Assembly: GCA_052034935.1 (NCBI GenBank) | Contig: JBPOIB010000001.1 | Location: 236,173-300,172, forward strand | Length of the DNA stretch: 64,000 nt | Origin: Candidatus Moraniibacteriota bacterium | GTDB taxonomy: Bacteria > Patescibacteriota > Minisyncoccia > Moranbacterales > UBA1568 | Reading direction: 5' to 3' | Shown: positions 1 through 9,504 of the stretch, in pieces | Layout of the letters: each line of letters opens with the position of its first letter | How positions within the stretch are numbered: the first letter of the stretch is position 1 | Made by a program: the position numbers and the translations under genes | Notes under the pieces: model-generated | Databases searched by the model: none | What the model was told of the DNA's origin: nothing | The model's input: the letters and a program-made list of their open reading frames with translations, nothing else

Positions 1-45
1 AATGGCACGATCCACGACGAGACTATCCAGTACTGTGCCGAGTAA
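1..45 (+). CDS. 3' end of an upstream gene (partial, unidentifiable)
   Basis: Frame 1 reads NGTIHDETIQYCAE then TAA; too short to assign. Confidence 0.3.
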   Translation, partial: NGTIHDETIQYCAE

Positions 46-96
46 GGAGCTCGTTTTTGATGTAAAATAAAAGGGAAATAAATTACGGTTTTTCTC

Positions 97-1710
97 ATGA
101 ACCTTCCCTTCCGATCCTTTGCTGCCGCTTCTCTTCTTGTCTTCAGTCTCGTCTTTTACTTTTGGGATCATGTTTCAAGCATGTTCACTGCGACCAAGAC
201 CTGGGAGCAGGATGGTGATAACAAGAGAGCTGATTCAATCCGTCGCTACAAAAATCTGGTTCGTGTACCTGGAATCCCCCCGGAAAAGATCTGTGACATT
301 CGTGATTACGGCGCGATTCCAAATACGGAAAGTAAATCCACTCAAGCGATTAGCGCTGCTATTGATGACTGTTCTGAAAGTGGCGGCGGAACCGTTGTTA
401 TCCCCGCTGGGCACTGGAACACCGGTGGAATCAGACTTGCTAGCCGTATCAATCTTTTTCTTGAAGAGGATGCGGAGGTTTCATTCAGTACTGATGTCCG
501 GGATTATCTCCCGGTTGTTTTTAGTCGTTTCCAGGGCATAGAATTCTATAATTTTGCTCCGCTCATCTATGTCCGAGATGCTGAGAACATCGCTATCACG
601 GGTCAGGGAAAACTGATGGGGAATGGCGAGTTCCGGACTGCTTGGAATGGCGGGGGTGAATTCGGTTCGGCTCGCGAAACACTCTTCGCGATGGTTCTGA
701 AGGGAGTCCTGCCGGAAGAGCGAGTTTTTGGTGATCAGATGCCAGGCCTTCGCCCGTCGTTCGTTCAGTTCGTAAACTGCCGAAATGTCCTTCTCGACGG
801 TTTTACCGTTGAGAACGGACCATTCTGGACCATCCATCCCGTCTATACGGATAATTTCATCGCTCGCAATCTTCACATCAATACGTGGAGCGGGAATACC
901 GATGGGATTGTCCTCGACTCAACCACAAATGCTGTCATCGAGGATAGTTTCTTTTCGACAGGGGATGATGCTATCGTCATCAAATCGGGGCTCGACGAAG
1001 ATGGCTGGCGCGTCGCAAAGCCGTCAGAGAATATCCAGATTCGAAATGTTCATGTCACCAAGGGTAACAGTGGCGTTTCGATCGGAAGCGAAATGTCGGG
1101 CGGAGTCAGGAATATCAGTATCGAAAACAGTACTTTCGAGAATACCCGGCACGGATTCCGAATCAAATCAACCCAGAGCCGGGGCGGATTCATCGAGGAT
1201 GTGAAGGTGGAAAACATCACAATGGACAATGTCTCAAGCGATGTGATTACGATTGATTTTGCCTATAACTCAGCTCTGATGACGAGCGCGAAGAAAGAAC
1301 CCAGTCTTCGGAATATCCTCCTGAGGAATATCAGCGGAAGCGGAGTGGGCAATTCGTCGGCCGACTCCATCATCAATATTGACGGTCTTTCCGGCGCTAT
1401 CATGGAGAACGTCCACTTTGAACGCATCTCGTTCACCTCAACAGCGAGCGCCGTCCACCTCAAGGATGCCAAGAATATCACTCTCACCGGTATCGATATC
1501 CAGACACCAAATAGCCCGATTTATGAGTTTGATCACGGTGAAAATATTCAAGTCACACAGTCGACGTGTCAAAACGGTCTTAAACCATGTTTTCAGATCA
1601 AGGGCAAGGACACGAAAGCTATCAGAATCAGTGAGACTGATTTTGCTGAAGTTCCTGGGGCAGTAGAAATTTCTGAACGAATATCGAAAGAGCAAGTCAG
1701 GATTGACTGA
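97..1710 (+). CDS. Glycoside hydrolase family 28 (polygalacturonase-like), N-terminal membrane anchor
   Basis: DYGA...AIDDC...GGGTVVIPAG N-terminus; GH28 motifs NTDG, GDD, SIGS and RIKS; beta-helix repeats. Confidence 0.9.
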   Translation: MNLPFRSFAAASLLVFSLVFYFWDHVSSMFTATKTWEQDGDNKRADSIRRYKNLVRVPGIPPEKICDIRDYGAIPNTESKSTQAISAAIDDCSESGGGTVVIPAGHWNTGGIRLASRINLFLEEDAEVSFSTDVRDYLPVVFSRFQGIEFYNFAPLIYVRDAENIAITGQGKLMGNGEFRTAWNGGGEFGSARETLFAMVLKGVLPEERVFGDQMPGLRPSFVQFVNCRNVLLDGFTVENGPFWTIHPVYTDNFIARNLHINTWSGNTDGIVLDSTTNAVIEDSFFSTGDDAIVIKSGLDEDGWRVAKPSENIQIRNVHVTKGNSGVSIGSEMSGGVRNISIENSTFENTRHGFRIKSTQSRGGFIEDVKVENITMDNVSSDVITIDFAYNSALMTSAKKEPSLRNILLRNISGSGVGNSSADSIINIDGLSGAIMENVHFERISFTSTASAVHLKDAKNITLTGIDIQTPNSPIYEFDHGENIQVTQSTCQNGLKPCFQIKGKDTKAIRISETDFAEVPGAVEISERISKEQVRID

Positions 1711-1728
1711 GTTAGTTGGGTAAAACTC

Positions 1729-2976
1729 TCAGACTCCGGTTTTCGCCGCTGCGGTTCCAGCGACAGAGCCGGTCGTCCAACAGAGCTGGAGACTGTAGCC
1801 GCCCGATGGCCGGTCGATATCGAGCATATCGCCCACGATATAGAGATTTGGAACAAGGCGCGACCGCATGTATTTACAATCGACTTCGTCGAGTGAAACG
1901 CCACCGCTTGTAACGATTGCTTTATCAGTTCCTAAAAGGCCCGTTACCGTAAGCGATAGGCTCTTCAAGAGTTTCGCTACAACCCGTCGCTCTGGACGTG
2001 TCACACTGTGTACCGGCTTCTCTGGAGCGATACCGGCCAATCTGAGCAATACAGGAACGAGAAGCGGTGGAACAATGAGTGGCAAAACGTTCTGAACCTG
2101 CTTGTTTTTGTGCCCATCGAAGATACCCTGAATGTCGCGGTCGAGCTCGCCTTGATTCCGCGAGGGATGGAAATCGACTTCAGCCGTCACGTTGCCATAG
2201 GGGAGAAGTTCACTTATTGATCGACTCATATTGAGAATAAGCGGACCGCTAAGGCCAGTGTGGGTGAAGAGGAGCTTGCCGCTCCGTGAAGATCGTTTTT
2301 CGCCGTTCTGGAAGACGGTTACTTTCACTTCGGGAAAGCTGAGTCCGGCGAGTGATTTCACCCAGGGCTCCCTCGTTCTGAGCGGAACAAGTGACGGCCG
2401 TGGCTCACGGACGGTATGTCCCAACTTTCGGAGCCAGCCGAAACCGTCGCCCGTCGAGCCTGTTTCTGGGCGTGATTTCCCTCCGGTCGCGAGGATGAAT
2501 GACTGAGCAAGCAGTTCTTCTCCGGTACCGAGAATAACGCTCCGAATCGATCCCTCAGAGCACTGAAACGAAATGACCTCAGTACCGGTCCGGACGGTGA
2601 CTCCAGACTGCTTGAGGTACTTTTTTAAAGCTTCATGCACGGAAACTGCGCTGTCACTTTGCGGAAAGACACGTTTCTCCGCTTCGATTTTGGTCGGCAT
2701 GCCGAGCGTTTCAAAAAAAGCAAGCGTTTCCGAGGTACCGAACGCTGAGAGCGGGGAGTGGAGATATTTTTCAGCACTACCAAACCTAGCTAAAAAGACC
2801 TGGCGATCAAACTCAGCATTCGTGATATTTGACCGCCCACCCCCGGTGATGAGGAGTTTCTTGCCGGTATCAGGATTTTTCTCAAGGAGAAGTACTCGGG
2901 CGCCGTATTCCGCTGCCCGCCCAGCTGCCATCATGCCGGCCGGACCGCCGCCTATCACTATGACATCGTAGGGCAT
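1729..2976 (-). CDS. HI0933/YhiN/BaiN-family NAD(P)/FAD-dependent oxidoreductase
   Basis: GGGPAGMMAA, GKKLLITGGGRSNITN, ATGGKS..TGSTGDG, LFTHTGLSGP, VTSGGV, GGYSLQ motifs. Confidence 0.92.
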   Translation of the reverse strand: MPYDVIVIGGGPAGMMAAGRAAEYGARVLLLEKNPDTGKKLLITGGGRSNITNAEFDRQVFLARFGSAEKYLHSPLSAFGTSETLAFFETLGMPTKIEAEKRVFPQSDSAVSVHEALKKYLKQSGVTVRTGTEVISFQCSEGSIRSVILGTGEELLAQSFILATGGKSRPETGSTGDGFGWLRKLGHTVREPRPSLVPLRTREPWVKSLAGLSFPEVKVTVFQNGEKRSSRSGKLLFTHTGLSGPLILNMSRSISELLPYGNVTAEVDFHPSRNQGELDRDIQGIFDGHKNKQVQNVLPLIVPPLLVPVLLRLAGIAPEKPVHSVTRPERRVVAKLLKSLSLTVTGLLGTDKAIVTSGGVSLDEVDCKYMRSRLVPNLYIVGDMLDIDRPSGGYSLQLCWTTGSVAGTAAAKTGV

Positions 2977-2998
2977 AAAAAGAGGATCGATACACTGT

Positions 2999-4162
2999 CT
3001 ATTCGACTATTTCGCTTTCGTCAAAATTTTCTCTGGTTGCCTTCACACTGAGACTGATACTCTCTTTTTTCTCACGAAAGCTTTCGGCCTGCTTCCGTAC
3101 CGTTTCCGGCAGAGCTGCGAGAACCGTCTTCAACGCGACACCATCAACCTTCACAACATTCTCCCATTCACCGATAGGAGTGAGGAGTTCGCGGAGTTTT
3201 GCTTCATCATAGGAATACGAGGTACGAACCGATTTGCCGATGATGCCGGTCGACCCAAAAACGCGCTCGATCTCCTCCTGTTCCATGTAGCTCATGATTT
3301 CTTCCTGGAGGAGCGCAAGTCGTTTCTTATCGGCACTCATCTCACTCCGGAGCGCAAGAAATTCTTCAGCCGCCTGTTCGGCCCGACTTTTCTCAATCGG
3401 TAGGGGAGCTTCGGCTTTGAACTTGTGTTTCCACAAGGGGCAAATCTTTTGGAAACTGCACCAATCACAGAGCGGAGAAAGCGTCGGTGAGAATTCTTTG
3501 TTTTCGATAGCGCGGATAACCGAGAGGAATGTTTCGTCAAGGAGCTCCAGCTGCTCCTTTGTCCGAGTTGAAGAAAGTTTCACGCCATGCTTCAGGAAAT
3601 AGAGGCTGACAGTAATTTTATCCAATCGTTCCCATTCTTTCGGGTAACGCTCGAGGAAGGCCCGCAGATAGATAGAAAGCTGCAAATCATTATCGACTTT
3701 GTCCTGACTCGGCATCTTTTTCGTCGTCTTGTAATCGATAATCTCGTAGCCATCCCGTGTCCGGTCAATGCGATCGATAACACCAGCGATGATGTGCTTG
3801 CCGGTTTGATCAGTACCAATTTCAATCGAGAAGCGGCTTTCCAGCGCAAGGGGATTCGACTCGGCTATCGTATTTGACTCATAGTAGCGCTGAATCATCT
3901 CGACGCCTTGAACGAAGGCAGCTCGCTCTTCGAGCTCATTTTCAAACAAGTCACCTTTCCAGTGCTTGCCGAAAAAATCAATCGCCTGTTCGACGGTCGG
4001 CGGGAGGAGTGCTGGCTCATGGATGAATTTCATCACCGAGTGGATGAGCGTTCCGAAGACAGCCTCCTTTGATTTCTCTTCAGGAATTTTGTCGATCTCC
4101 CGGTATTTGTATTTCAGGGAGCAAGTCTGATAGGTATCCAGACTGGAATAAGAGAGTCTCAT
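2999..4162 (-). CDS. PD-(D/E)XK nuclease, RecB/AddB/Cas4-like, with predicted Fe-S cluster and C-terminal helical extension
   Basis: SYSSLDTYQTC, GTLIH, E..GVIDRID..IIDYKT, QLSIY, CDWCSFQKIC. Confidence 0.85.
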   Translation of the reverse strand: MRLSYSSLDTYQTCSLKYKYREIDKIPEEKSKEAVFGTLIHSVMKFIHEPALLPPTVEQAIDFFGKHWKGDLFENELEERAAFVQGVEMIQRYYESNTIAESNPLALESRFSIEIGTDQTGKHIIAGVIDRIDRTRDGYEIIDYKTTKKMPSQDKVDNDLQLSIYLRAFLERYPKEWERLDKITVSLYFLKHGVKLSSTRTKEQLELLDETFLSVIRAIENKEFSPTLSPLCDWCSFQKICPLWKHKFKAEAPLPIEKSRAEQAAEEFLALRSEMSADKKRLALLQEEIMSYMEQEEIERVFGSTGIIGKSVRTSYSYDEAKLRELLTPIGEWENVVKVDGVALKTVLAALPETVRKQAESFREKKESISLSVKATRENFDESEIVE

Positions 4163-4202
4163 ATGGCTCTATTGTAGCTGATTTACCACTTCCCCGCTTC
4201 TA

Positions 4203-4231
4203 TTGACTTTTTACATGTTTCATGCTATCTT
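4203..4231 (+). promoter_or_regulatory. Sigma70-type promoter with extended -10 for the GGDEF gene
   Basis: TTGACT (4203-4208), 17 bp spacer ending in TGC, TATCTT (4226-4231). Confidence 0.65.
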
Positions 4232-4271
4232 GTAGAGTCCCTTCCCAACTCAACCACAACGAAAGGCCATC

Positions 4272-5096
4272 ATGGACTCTCCCGTTCGCTTTTTGGTTTT
4301 CTCCTGGATCCAGTATCTCCGGACGCGTCGGAGCATCATCCGTTCCTTGAACCGAGCACTCGGGGAACTCTCGACCGAATTTGAGCGGTCACGGAGCGAG
4401 GCCATCACACTCGCCTCGCGTGTCGTCGAGCAAAACGGCACAATCACCAAGCTCCAAGGCGAACTCACGAATACCCAAGGTGTTCTCGCCCGACTGCTGG
4501 CCAATGAAGGGCCTGGGGCGCGTCTGCTTGCGAGCGATGTCATCACATTGACCGGTAAGGTCGAGCAACTTACCAAAGAGTCGCTCCATGACCCCCTGAC
4601 CGGACTCTTCAACCGCCGCGCCGTGGAAGCCATCGTTCACCCCGAAATTCACCTGCTGCAGCGCTCGGCCGCTACCGATGTCAATATCTCGGTCGTCACG
4701 TTCGATCTCGACCACTTCAAGCGCGTGAACGATTCCTGTGGTCATGCCGCGGGCGACATCGTCCTCCAGCGCGTCGCCGAGTTGGCGCGCAGCGTGTTCC
4801 GACGGGATGTCGATCATCTTTTCCGTTTCGGCGGCGAGGAGTTTGTCATCATCTCGCTCCACACGTCACCGAGTATGGCCGGGAAGCTGGCCGAGACGCT
4901 CCGGCTACGCATTGCTTCCGATGCAATGCTGCGGCTCGAAAGCGTTGGCCAGGTGACGGCCAGTTTCGGTATCAGTACATTGAACCTGAACGAGCAGGTC
5001 GTCGCAGAGACATCTGTCAATGCTGCGTGCGCCCGCGCCGATCAAGCCCTGTATGCGGCTAAGGCTGGCGGCCGAAATGTCGTCATGATCGAGTAA
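4272..5096 (+). CDS. Diguanylate cyclase (coiled coil + GGDEF)
   Basis: DPLTGLFNRR, DLDHFKRVNDSCGHAAGD, RDVD I-site 5 aa before GGEEF, ADQALYAAKAGGRN; SD-like GAAAGG at 4261. Confidence 0.93.
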   Translation: MDSPVRFLVFSWIQYLRTRRSIIRSLNRALGELSTEFERSRSEAITLASRVVEQNGTITKLQGELTNTQGVLARLLANEGPGARLLASDVITLTGKVEQLTKESLHDPLTGLFNRRAVEAIVHPEIHLLQRSAATDVNISVVTFDLDHFKRVNDSCGHAAGDIVLQRVAELARSVFRRDVDHLFRFGGEEFVIISLHTSPSMAGKLAETLRLRIASDAMLRLESVGQVTASFGISTLNLNEQVVAETSVNAACARADQALYAAKAGGRNVVMIE

Positions 5097-5133
5097 GTCG
5101 TAGATTCGAACTTCGTTGTGATCAGTACTCGAA

Positions 5134-5177
5134 GCCGCGTTCCATGCACACCTGTGTGGTTCGCGGCCTTTTTCTTT
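5134..5177 (+). terminator. Rho-independent terminator of the GGDEF gene
   Basis: GCCGCG...CGCGGC outer stem, inner CCATGCA/TGTGTGG stem, then CTTTTTCTTT. Confidence 0.75.
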
Positions 5178-5841
5178 ACCCCCATTTCTGAATCTCATTA
5201 TATCTGGCAGGGGACCTTCGTTTTTTAGTCTTTGAACCCCTGGTTTTTTAAGAGATATTTTTTTCTGAAAAATATTTTTTAGAGTACCCGACAGTAAAGA
5301 ATATATTTTCCGGTTCATCTTTCCTTTAAGGTTTTTTACGACGCGTAAGTGGACAGGCAAGCGCTGCAATGCGGCCAATAACAAAGTGTGCAGTGGAGCC
5401 ATTTCGAAATATTCTATATGTCGCCTTATGTAACTTATGAGACATTATATAAGGAAAAATTCGGGAAGGACACTACGTCATGCATCCATATATACAACCC
5501 TTGTTTTGCTCTTTTTAAAGACTTAATCGAATGCATTTCAATCAACCAAGGATCTATTTTTGATACCCCCCCTCCGTAGAGCAAGTAGAAATTCTGATGA
5601 CTTACTCTCGCTGCTATTCCATCCTCTTTATCGCTGGTTTTTATATGTGCACTGGTACATCTATGTACCCTCGCCCAAGTCTCTTTTTCAGACCATTGAT
5701 CACTCCCCCATTTTTTCAAAAAAAGTCGCAGGGGAGTCAACTCAAAAAAAAATCATGACACAAAACCCGGGGACCGATGATAGAAAAACTCCAGCTCTGA
5801 GTGAGCGGAGTTTGTATGCCTCAAGATTTTTTACGCGTTGA

Positions 5842-7122
5842 TTATGGAAGATAGACCGCCGGATTGACCGCGGCGCCAATCGGAATCTTTTTTCCGGGAG
5901 CCGACTTCGACTCGACCACTTCATAGGAATCGGCCGCGTACACTGTGAAATGAAGATGGGCAGCGGTCGAATCCCCCGTATTTCCCATCTCGCCGATCTT
6001 CTGCTCGCGGCTTACCTTTTGACCCTTACTCGTGCTGATCTTGCTCAGGTGGCCATAGAGCGTTACGAGGCCGTTATCATGATCGATGGCAACCCATTTA
6101 CCATATGCAACGCGGCCCATATCGCCTGTCCCAATCACTTTTCCAGATGCGGCGGCCATGACCGTGTCACCAGACTTACCCTTGGTCTTGGCACCGAAGT
6201 CGATGCCGTTGTGCCGGCCCGAAACATAGTGATTCGAATACGAGGTCTTGCCATAGCCCTGAGTGATCCGAACTGATTTCACCGGATAAGCGAGCAAGCC
6301 GCGGCTATAGCTCGGGATACCATCGAGTTCGTCGATCTTGCCAGCCTCCAAGTCCTCGATTTCGCTTTCCAATGCTTCACGCTCGGCCTGAAGACTATCA
6401 ACCAACGTGTCGTATTTCTGCACCTCCGACTGCGTCTTAGTGAGGAGGCGCGCTTTCTCTGCACGATTCGCATCGAGATAGGAGTTTCGCTCTTCGAGCT
6501 GGGCCTGGAGAGAATCCGCTTCTTTCTTCTTTGTGATGAGTGACGCATGCTCGGTGACCAGGCTTTCCCGCAATGTCTTCACTGAACCGAGGAGGTCAGA
6601 GATCTTGCTACCGGTTTCCGCGGTCCAATCGCTTTGCTGAAGTGGATTCGCCAGCTGCGACGCATTGACAATAAATTCACTCGGAATCAAAGCTGAACGG
6701 TCGGCATAGTAGCCACGCATAATTTCAGAAAGCAGAGCCTTCTGACTGAAAATAAGATCTTCTTTCTGCTTGATGCGCTCGCTGAGGATGCGGGTCTCTG
6801 TTGCAAGCCGTTCGAGATCGCGCTCATTCAGGAGGATCTGTTCTTCCAGATTCTTCACCTGCGCCTCGAGCGAAGAAAGCTGGTCGCCGAGGGCAGCGCC
6901 TTGTCGCTGCTTGAGCTTAATGATTTCATTGTAGGCCTTGATTTTCGCCTTTAGCTCGTCGTCTTTTTCTTCGAGCTCTTCCCGGAGCTCATCGATGCTC
7001 GGGTCTTCGGCATACGCGGGATATGCTGCATAAGTGAGCGCTAATAAAAAGAAAGAAAACAGTACGGTACCGAGCCGCAATCGTCCGAATGTACTTTTTT
7101 CGTTTTTTTCTTTGTTGGTCAT
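5842..7122 (-). CDS. M23 family peptidase with long coiled coil (EnvC/MepM-like)
   Basis: Signal/TM segment, heptad coiled coil, HNGID and HLHF M23 zinc motifs; start placed at MTNKEK. Confidence 0.9.
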   Translation of the reverse strand: MTNKEKNEKSTFGRLRLGTVLFSFFLLALTYAAYPAYAEDPSIDELREELEEKDDELKAKIKAYNEIIKLKQRQGAALGDQLSSLEAQVKNLEEQILLNERDLERLATETRILSERIKQKEDLIFSQKALLSEIMRGYYADRSALIPSEFIVNASQLANPLQQSDWTAETGSKISDLLGSVKTLRESLVTEHASLITKKKEADSLQAQLEERNSYLDANRAEKARLLTKTQSEVQKYDTLVDSLQAEREALESEIEDLEAGKIDELDGIPSYSRGLLAYPVKSVRITQGYGKTSYSNHYVSGRHNGIDFGAKTKGKSGDTVMAAASGKVIGTGDMGRVAYGKWVAIDHDNGLVTLYGHLSKISTSKGQKVSREQKIGEMGNTGDSTAAHLHFTVYAADSYEVVESKSAPGKKIPIGAAVNPAVYLP

Positions 7123-7174
7123 GCTATTTTTCTTTGCTTTTCCTGCAGTGGATTTCCACATTATATCGTATCAC

Positions 7175-8737
7175 TCAGTCAAGTTTTTTGAGTGCGAACT
7201 CAAGGCGCTTGAGAGATCGGTTTTTCCCGAGTATCCAGAGAATATCCATCGGGGAGGGAGAACGTTCCAAACCAGAGAGAGCAAAGCGGAGCGGCCAGAG
7301 GAAGTCTCCCCGTTTCTCCCCTGCTGCCGCGAGAAATTTTTCTGTCAGTCCCTCGCGCGTCCACTCAGTTTCGCTGATTGATTCCGCCAGTGCCTTTGCC
7401 TGTTCGAGTGCGGATCGCGTCGTTTCGATCGGGTTCGTTTTCCACGCCAAGAGTTTTGCATCATACGAAAGCTCGTCAGCGAAGAGAAATTGGTTCTCAT
7501 CGCCAAGCGTCGCCAGAGTTTTCAGCCGATCTTTTTCGATAGCAATAACCTTGAGGAGGTACTCATCCGTCTTGTAGGCGTCAGCAATTTTTGCATACCA
7601 GTCTTTCTTTTCCAGAAATCCACCCTGTCGGATCAGTACCAAAACATCGGCATCGGATTTTCGGGCGATGTACTCGTGATTCATCCATTCAAGCTTCGTC
7701 CGATCGAAGACGGCGCCTGCTTTATTGAGGTGCTCGAGCGAGAATGCTTTGACCAGCTCGTCGAGGGTGAAAATTTCCTGCGTACTCCCCTGGCCCGGAT
7801 TCCAGCCAAGGAGGGCAACGAAGTTGAGCAGTGCTTCACGGAGATAGCCCGCCTCGACAAACGAGTCGACAGAGACATCTCCTTCGCGTTTGGAAAGCTT
7901 CTTCTTACCGTCTTTACCAAGGATGATTGAGAGATGAGCAAACTCCGGCGCTACCCAACCGAACGCTTCGTAAAGGAGGATATGCTTCGGCAGGCTGGGC
8001 AACCACTCGACCGCGCGCATCACGTGTGTGATCTCCATGAAGTGATCGTCGACGATGTTGGCCAAATGATAGGTCGGAAAACCATCCGACTTCAGAATGA
8101 CAAAATCATCAATCGTCGCCGTATCAGCATCGATGACGCCACGGAGCGTATCAGTCACCGTAAACTTTCCTTTTTCGGGAATTTTGAAGCGAATAACGCT
8201 CGACTCACCGCGCTCACGCCTTTCCTTCACTTCGGCGGCCGGTAGTTTCAAACATTCCCGATCATAGCGCGGCGGAAGCTTGGCTGTTTCTTGGCGTTCA
8301 CGGAGCGCCGTCAGACGTTCTTCGGTGCAGAAGCAATGATAGGCGGTACCTTTCGCAATCAGTTCTTCAGCGTACTTCTGATAGAGATCGAGCCGCTCGG
8401 ACTGGATATAGGGCGCTTTGTTGCCCAGCTCATAAATGCCCGGATAGCGGCTCGAGAGCATACCCGCACTATCATGCTCAGTATCCTTGTCGGCAAGGAG
8501 AATCGGACCTTCGTCATAGCGGAGGCCAAATTCTTTCAGGAAAGAAACCGTATTCTCGAGCGCGCCTTCAACGAAACGCTTCTGATCCGTGTCCTCGATA
8601 CGCAGGATAAACTGGCCGCCAAGCTGACGGGCGTACAGGTAGTTATAGAGGGCGGTTCGCAGTCCCCCGATATGCTGGAGACCGGTTGGTGAGGGTGCAT
8701 AGCGCACCCGGACGGGTTTTCGTTCGGGCTCATTCAT
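7175..8737 (-). CDS. gltX: Glutamate--tRNA ligase
   Basis: RYAPSPTG, HIGG, LRIEDTD, CFC..YDREC, KLSKR; start at MNEPER. Confidence 0.97.
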   Translation of the reverse strand: MNEPERKPVRVRYAPSPTGLQHIGGLRTALYNYLYARQLGGQFILRIEDTDQKRFVEGALENTVSFLKEFGLRYDEGPILLADKDTEHDSAGMLSSRYPGIYELGNKAPYIQSERLDLYQKYAEELIAKGTAYHCFCTEERLTALRERQETAKLPPRYDRECLKLPAAEVKERRERGESSVIRFKIPEKGKFTVTDTLRGVIDADTATIDDFVILKSDGFPTYHLANIVDDHFMEITHVMRAVEWLPSLPKHILLYEAFGWVAPEFAHLSIILGKDGKKKLSKREGDVSVDSFVEAGYLREALLNFVALLGWNPGQGSTQEIFTLDELVKAFSLEHLNKAGAVFDRTKLEWMNHEYIARKSDADVLVLIRQGGFLEKKDWYAKIADAYKTDEYLLKVIAIEKDRLKTLATLGDENQFLFADELSYDAKLLAWKTNPIETTRSALEQAKALAESISETEWTREGLTEKFLAAAGEKRGDFLWPLRFALSGLERSPSPMDILWILGKNRSLKRLEFALKKLD

Positions 8738-8774
8738 GGCTTGATTATACCCTTTCTTAAAGCCTTTTTCTACA

Positions 8775-8803
8775 TTGACTTTATAGTAAAAATATGCTAA
8801 TAT
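8775..8803 (+). promoter_or_regulatory. Sigma70-type promoter with extended -10
   Basis: TTGACT (8775-8780), 17 bp spacer ending in TGC, TAATAT (8798-8803). Confidence 0.65.
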
Positions 8804-8875
8804 ACTGATTCGGCACACCGTGTCGAAAAGTTCTTTCACCCCCGGCCATTTTGGCCATCACACCAGGAGACTCAG

Positions 8876-9379
8876 ATGCTCAACCGTATCGCGAACGTGG
8901 TCACGTTCCTCACTTTTGGCCTCCTCACCGCCATCCTTGGGCTCAGCGCCGTGGCCATCCACGACTTCAACCACCGTGGAAACAACATCTTCGTCCGTGA
9001 GTGGGAACAACACGCCAATTACACGATTGGTGAGATCGGGGGCGAATTGATCGGCTACCAGGTGCACTACAGAGCCTGCGGCCAAGAAGGTCGCGAGAGT
9101 CTCAAGATTCTTCAGCCCAATCTCATGGCTGGAGAAGTAATTGCAGATGCCGAATTCCCCTCGCTGGTTTACGGTCGAATCGAGAAGCGGGAACACATCC
9201 CCTTCTGGACCTACCACCCCATCTCAGACGAAGACATCCAGAGACTCGATCTCAGAAGTCTCGACAAGGACCTGAGTCGTCCTGACTTCGAGTGGGGGCG
9301 TAGCACGCGCCGCGTCTGCCAAGTGAATCCGGCCGGCACCTGGAACGCGACACGTTCGCTCTTCCGCTCACTGACCTGA
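8876..9379 (+). CDS. Hypothetical membrane-anchored/secreted protein
   Basis: 167 aa ORF with N-terminal hydrophobic helix, AGGAG SD, own promoter and terminator; no recognisable family. Confidence 0.7.
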   Translation: MLNRIANVVTFLTFGLLTAILGLSAVAIHDFNHRGNNIFVREWEQHANYTIGEIGGELIGYQVHYRACGQEGRESLKILQPNLMAGEVIADAEFPSLVYGRIEKREHIPFWTYHPISDEDIQRLDLRSLDKDLSRPDFEWGRSTRRVCQVNPAGTWNATRSLFRSLT

Positions 9380-9409
9380 CAGCTGCAAATCAGCCGTCAC
9401 CCATAAAGG

Positions 9410-9456
9410 AAAGCCGCACACCGAGTAACCATTCACCGTGCGGCTTTTGAATTTTT
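9410..9456 (+). terminator. Rho-independent terminator
   Basis: AAAGCCGCAC (9410-9419) pairs with GTGCGGCTTT (9438-9447), followed by a T-rich tract. Confidence 0.7.
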
Positions 9457-9504
9457 ATAAACCTTTCGACGAGCTCATGGCGATCCTTCAAAATAAGTTT
9501 CGGA

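Noticed and set aside
2999-4162. Possible CRISPR-Cas locus around the Cas4-like nuclease
   Set aside because: No repeat-spacer array and no cas1, cas2 or effector genes seen anywhere in the window.
5178-5841. oriC or a serine-recombinase remnant (KYILYCRV in one minus frame)
   Set aside because: No TTATCCACA boxes or dnaA nearby; the peptide match is 8 aa and bounded by stops.
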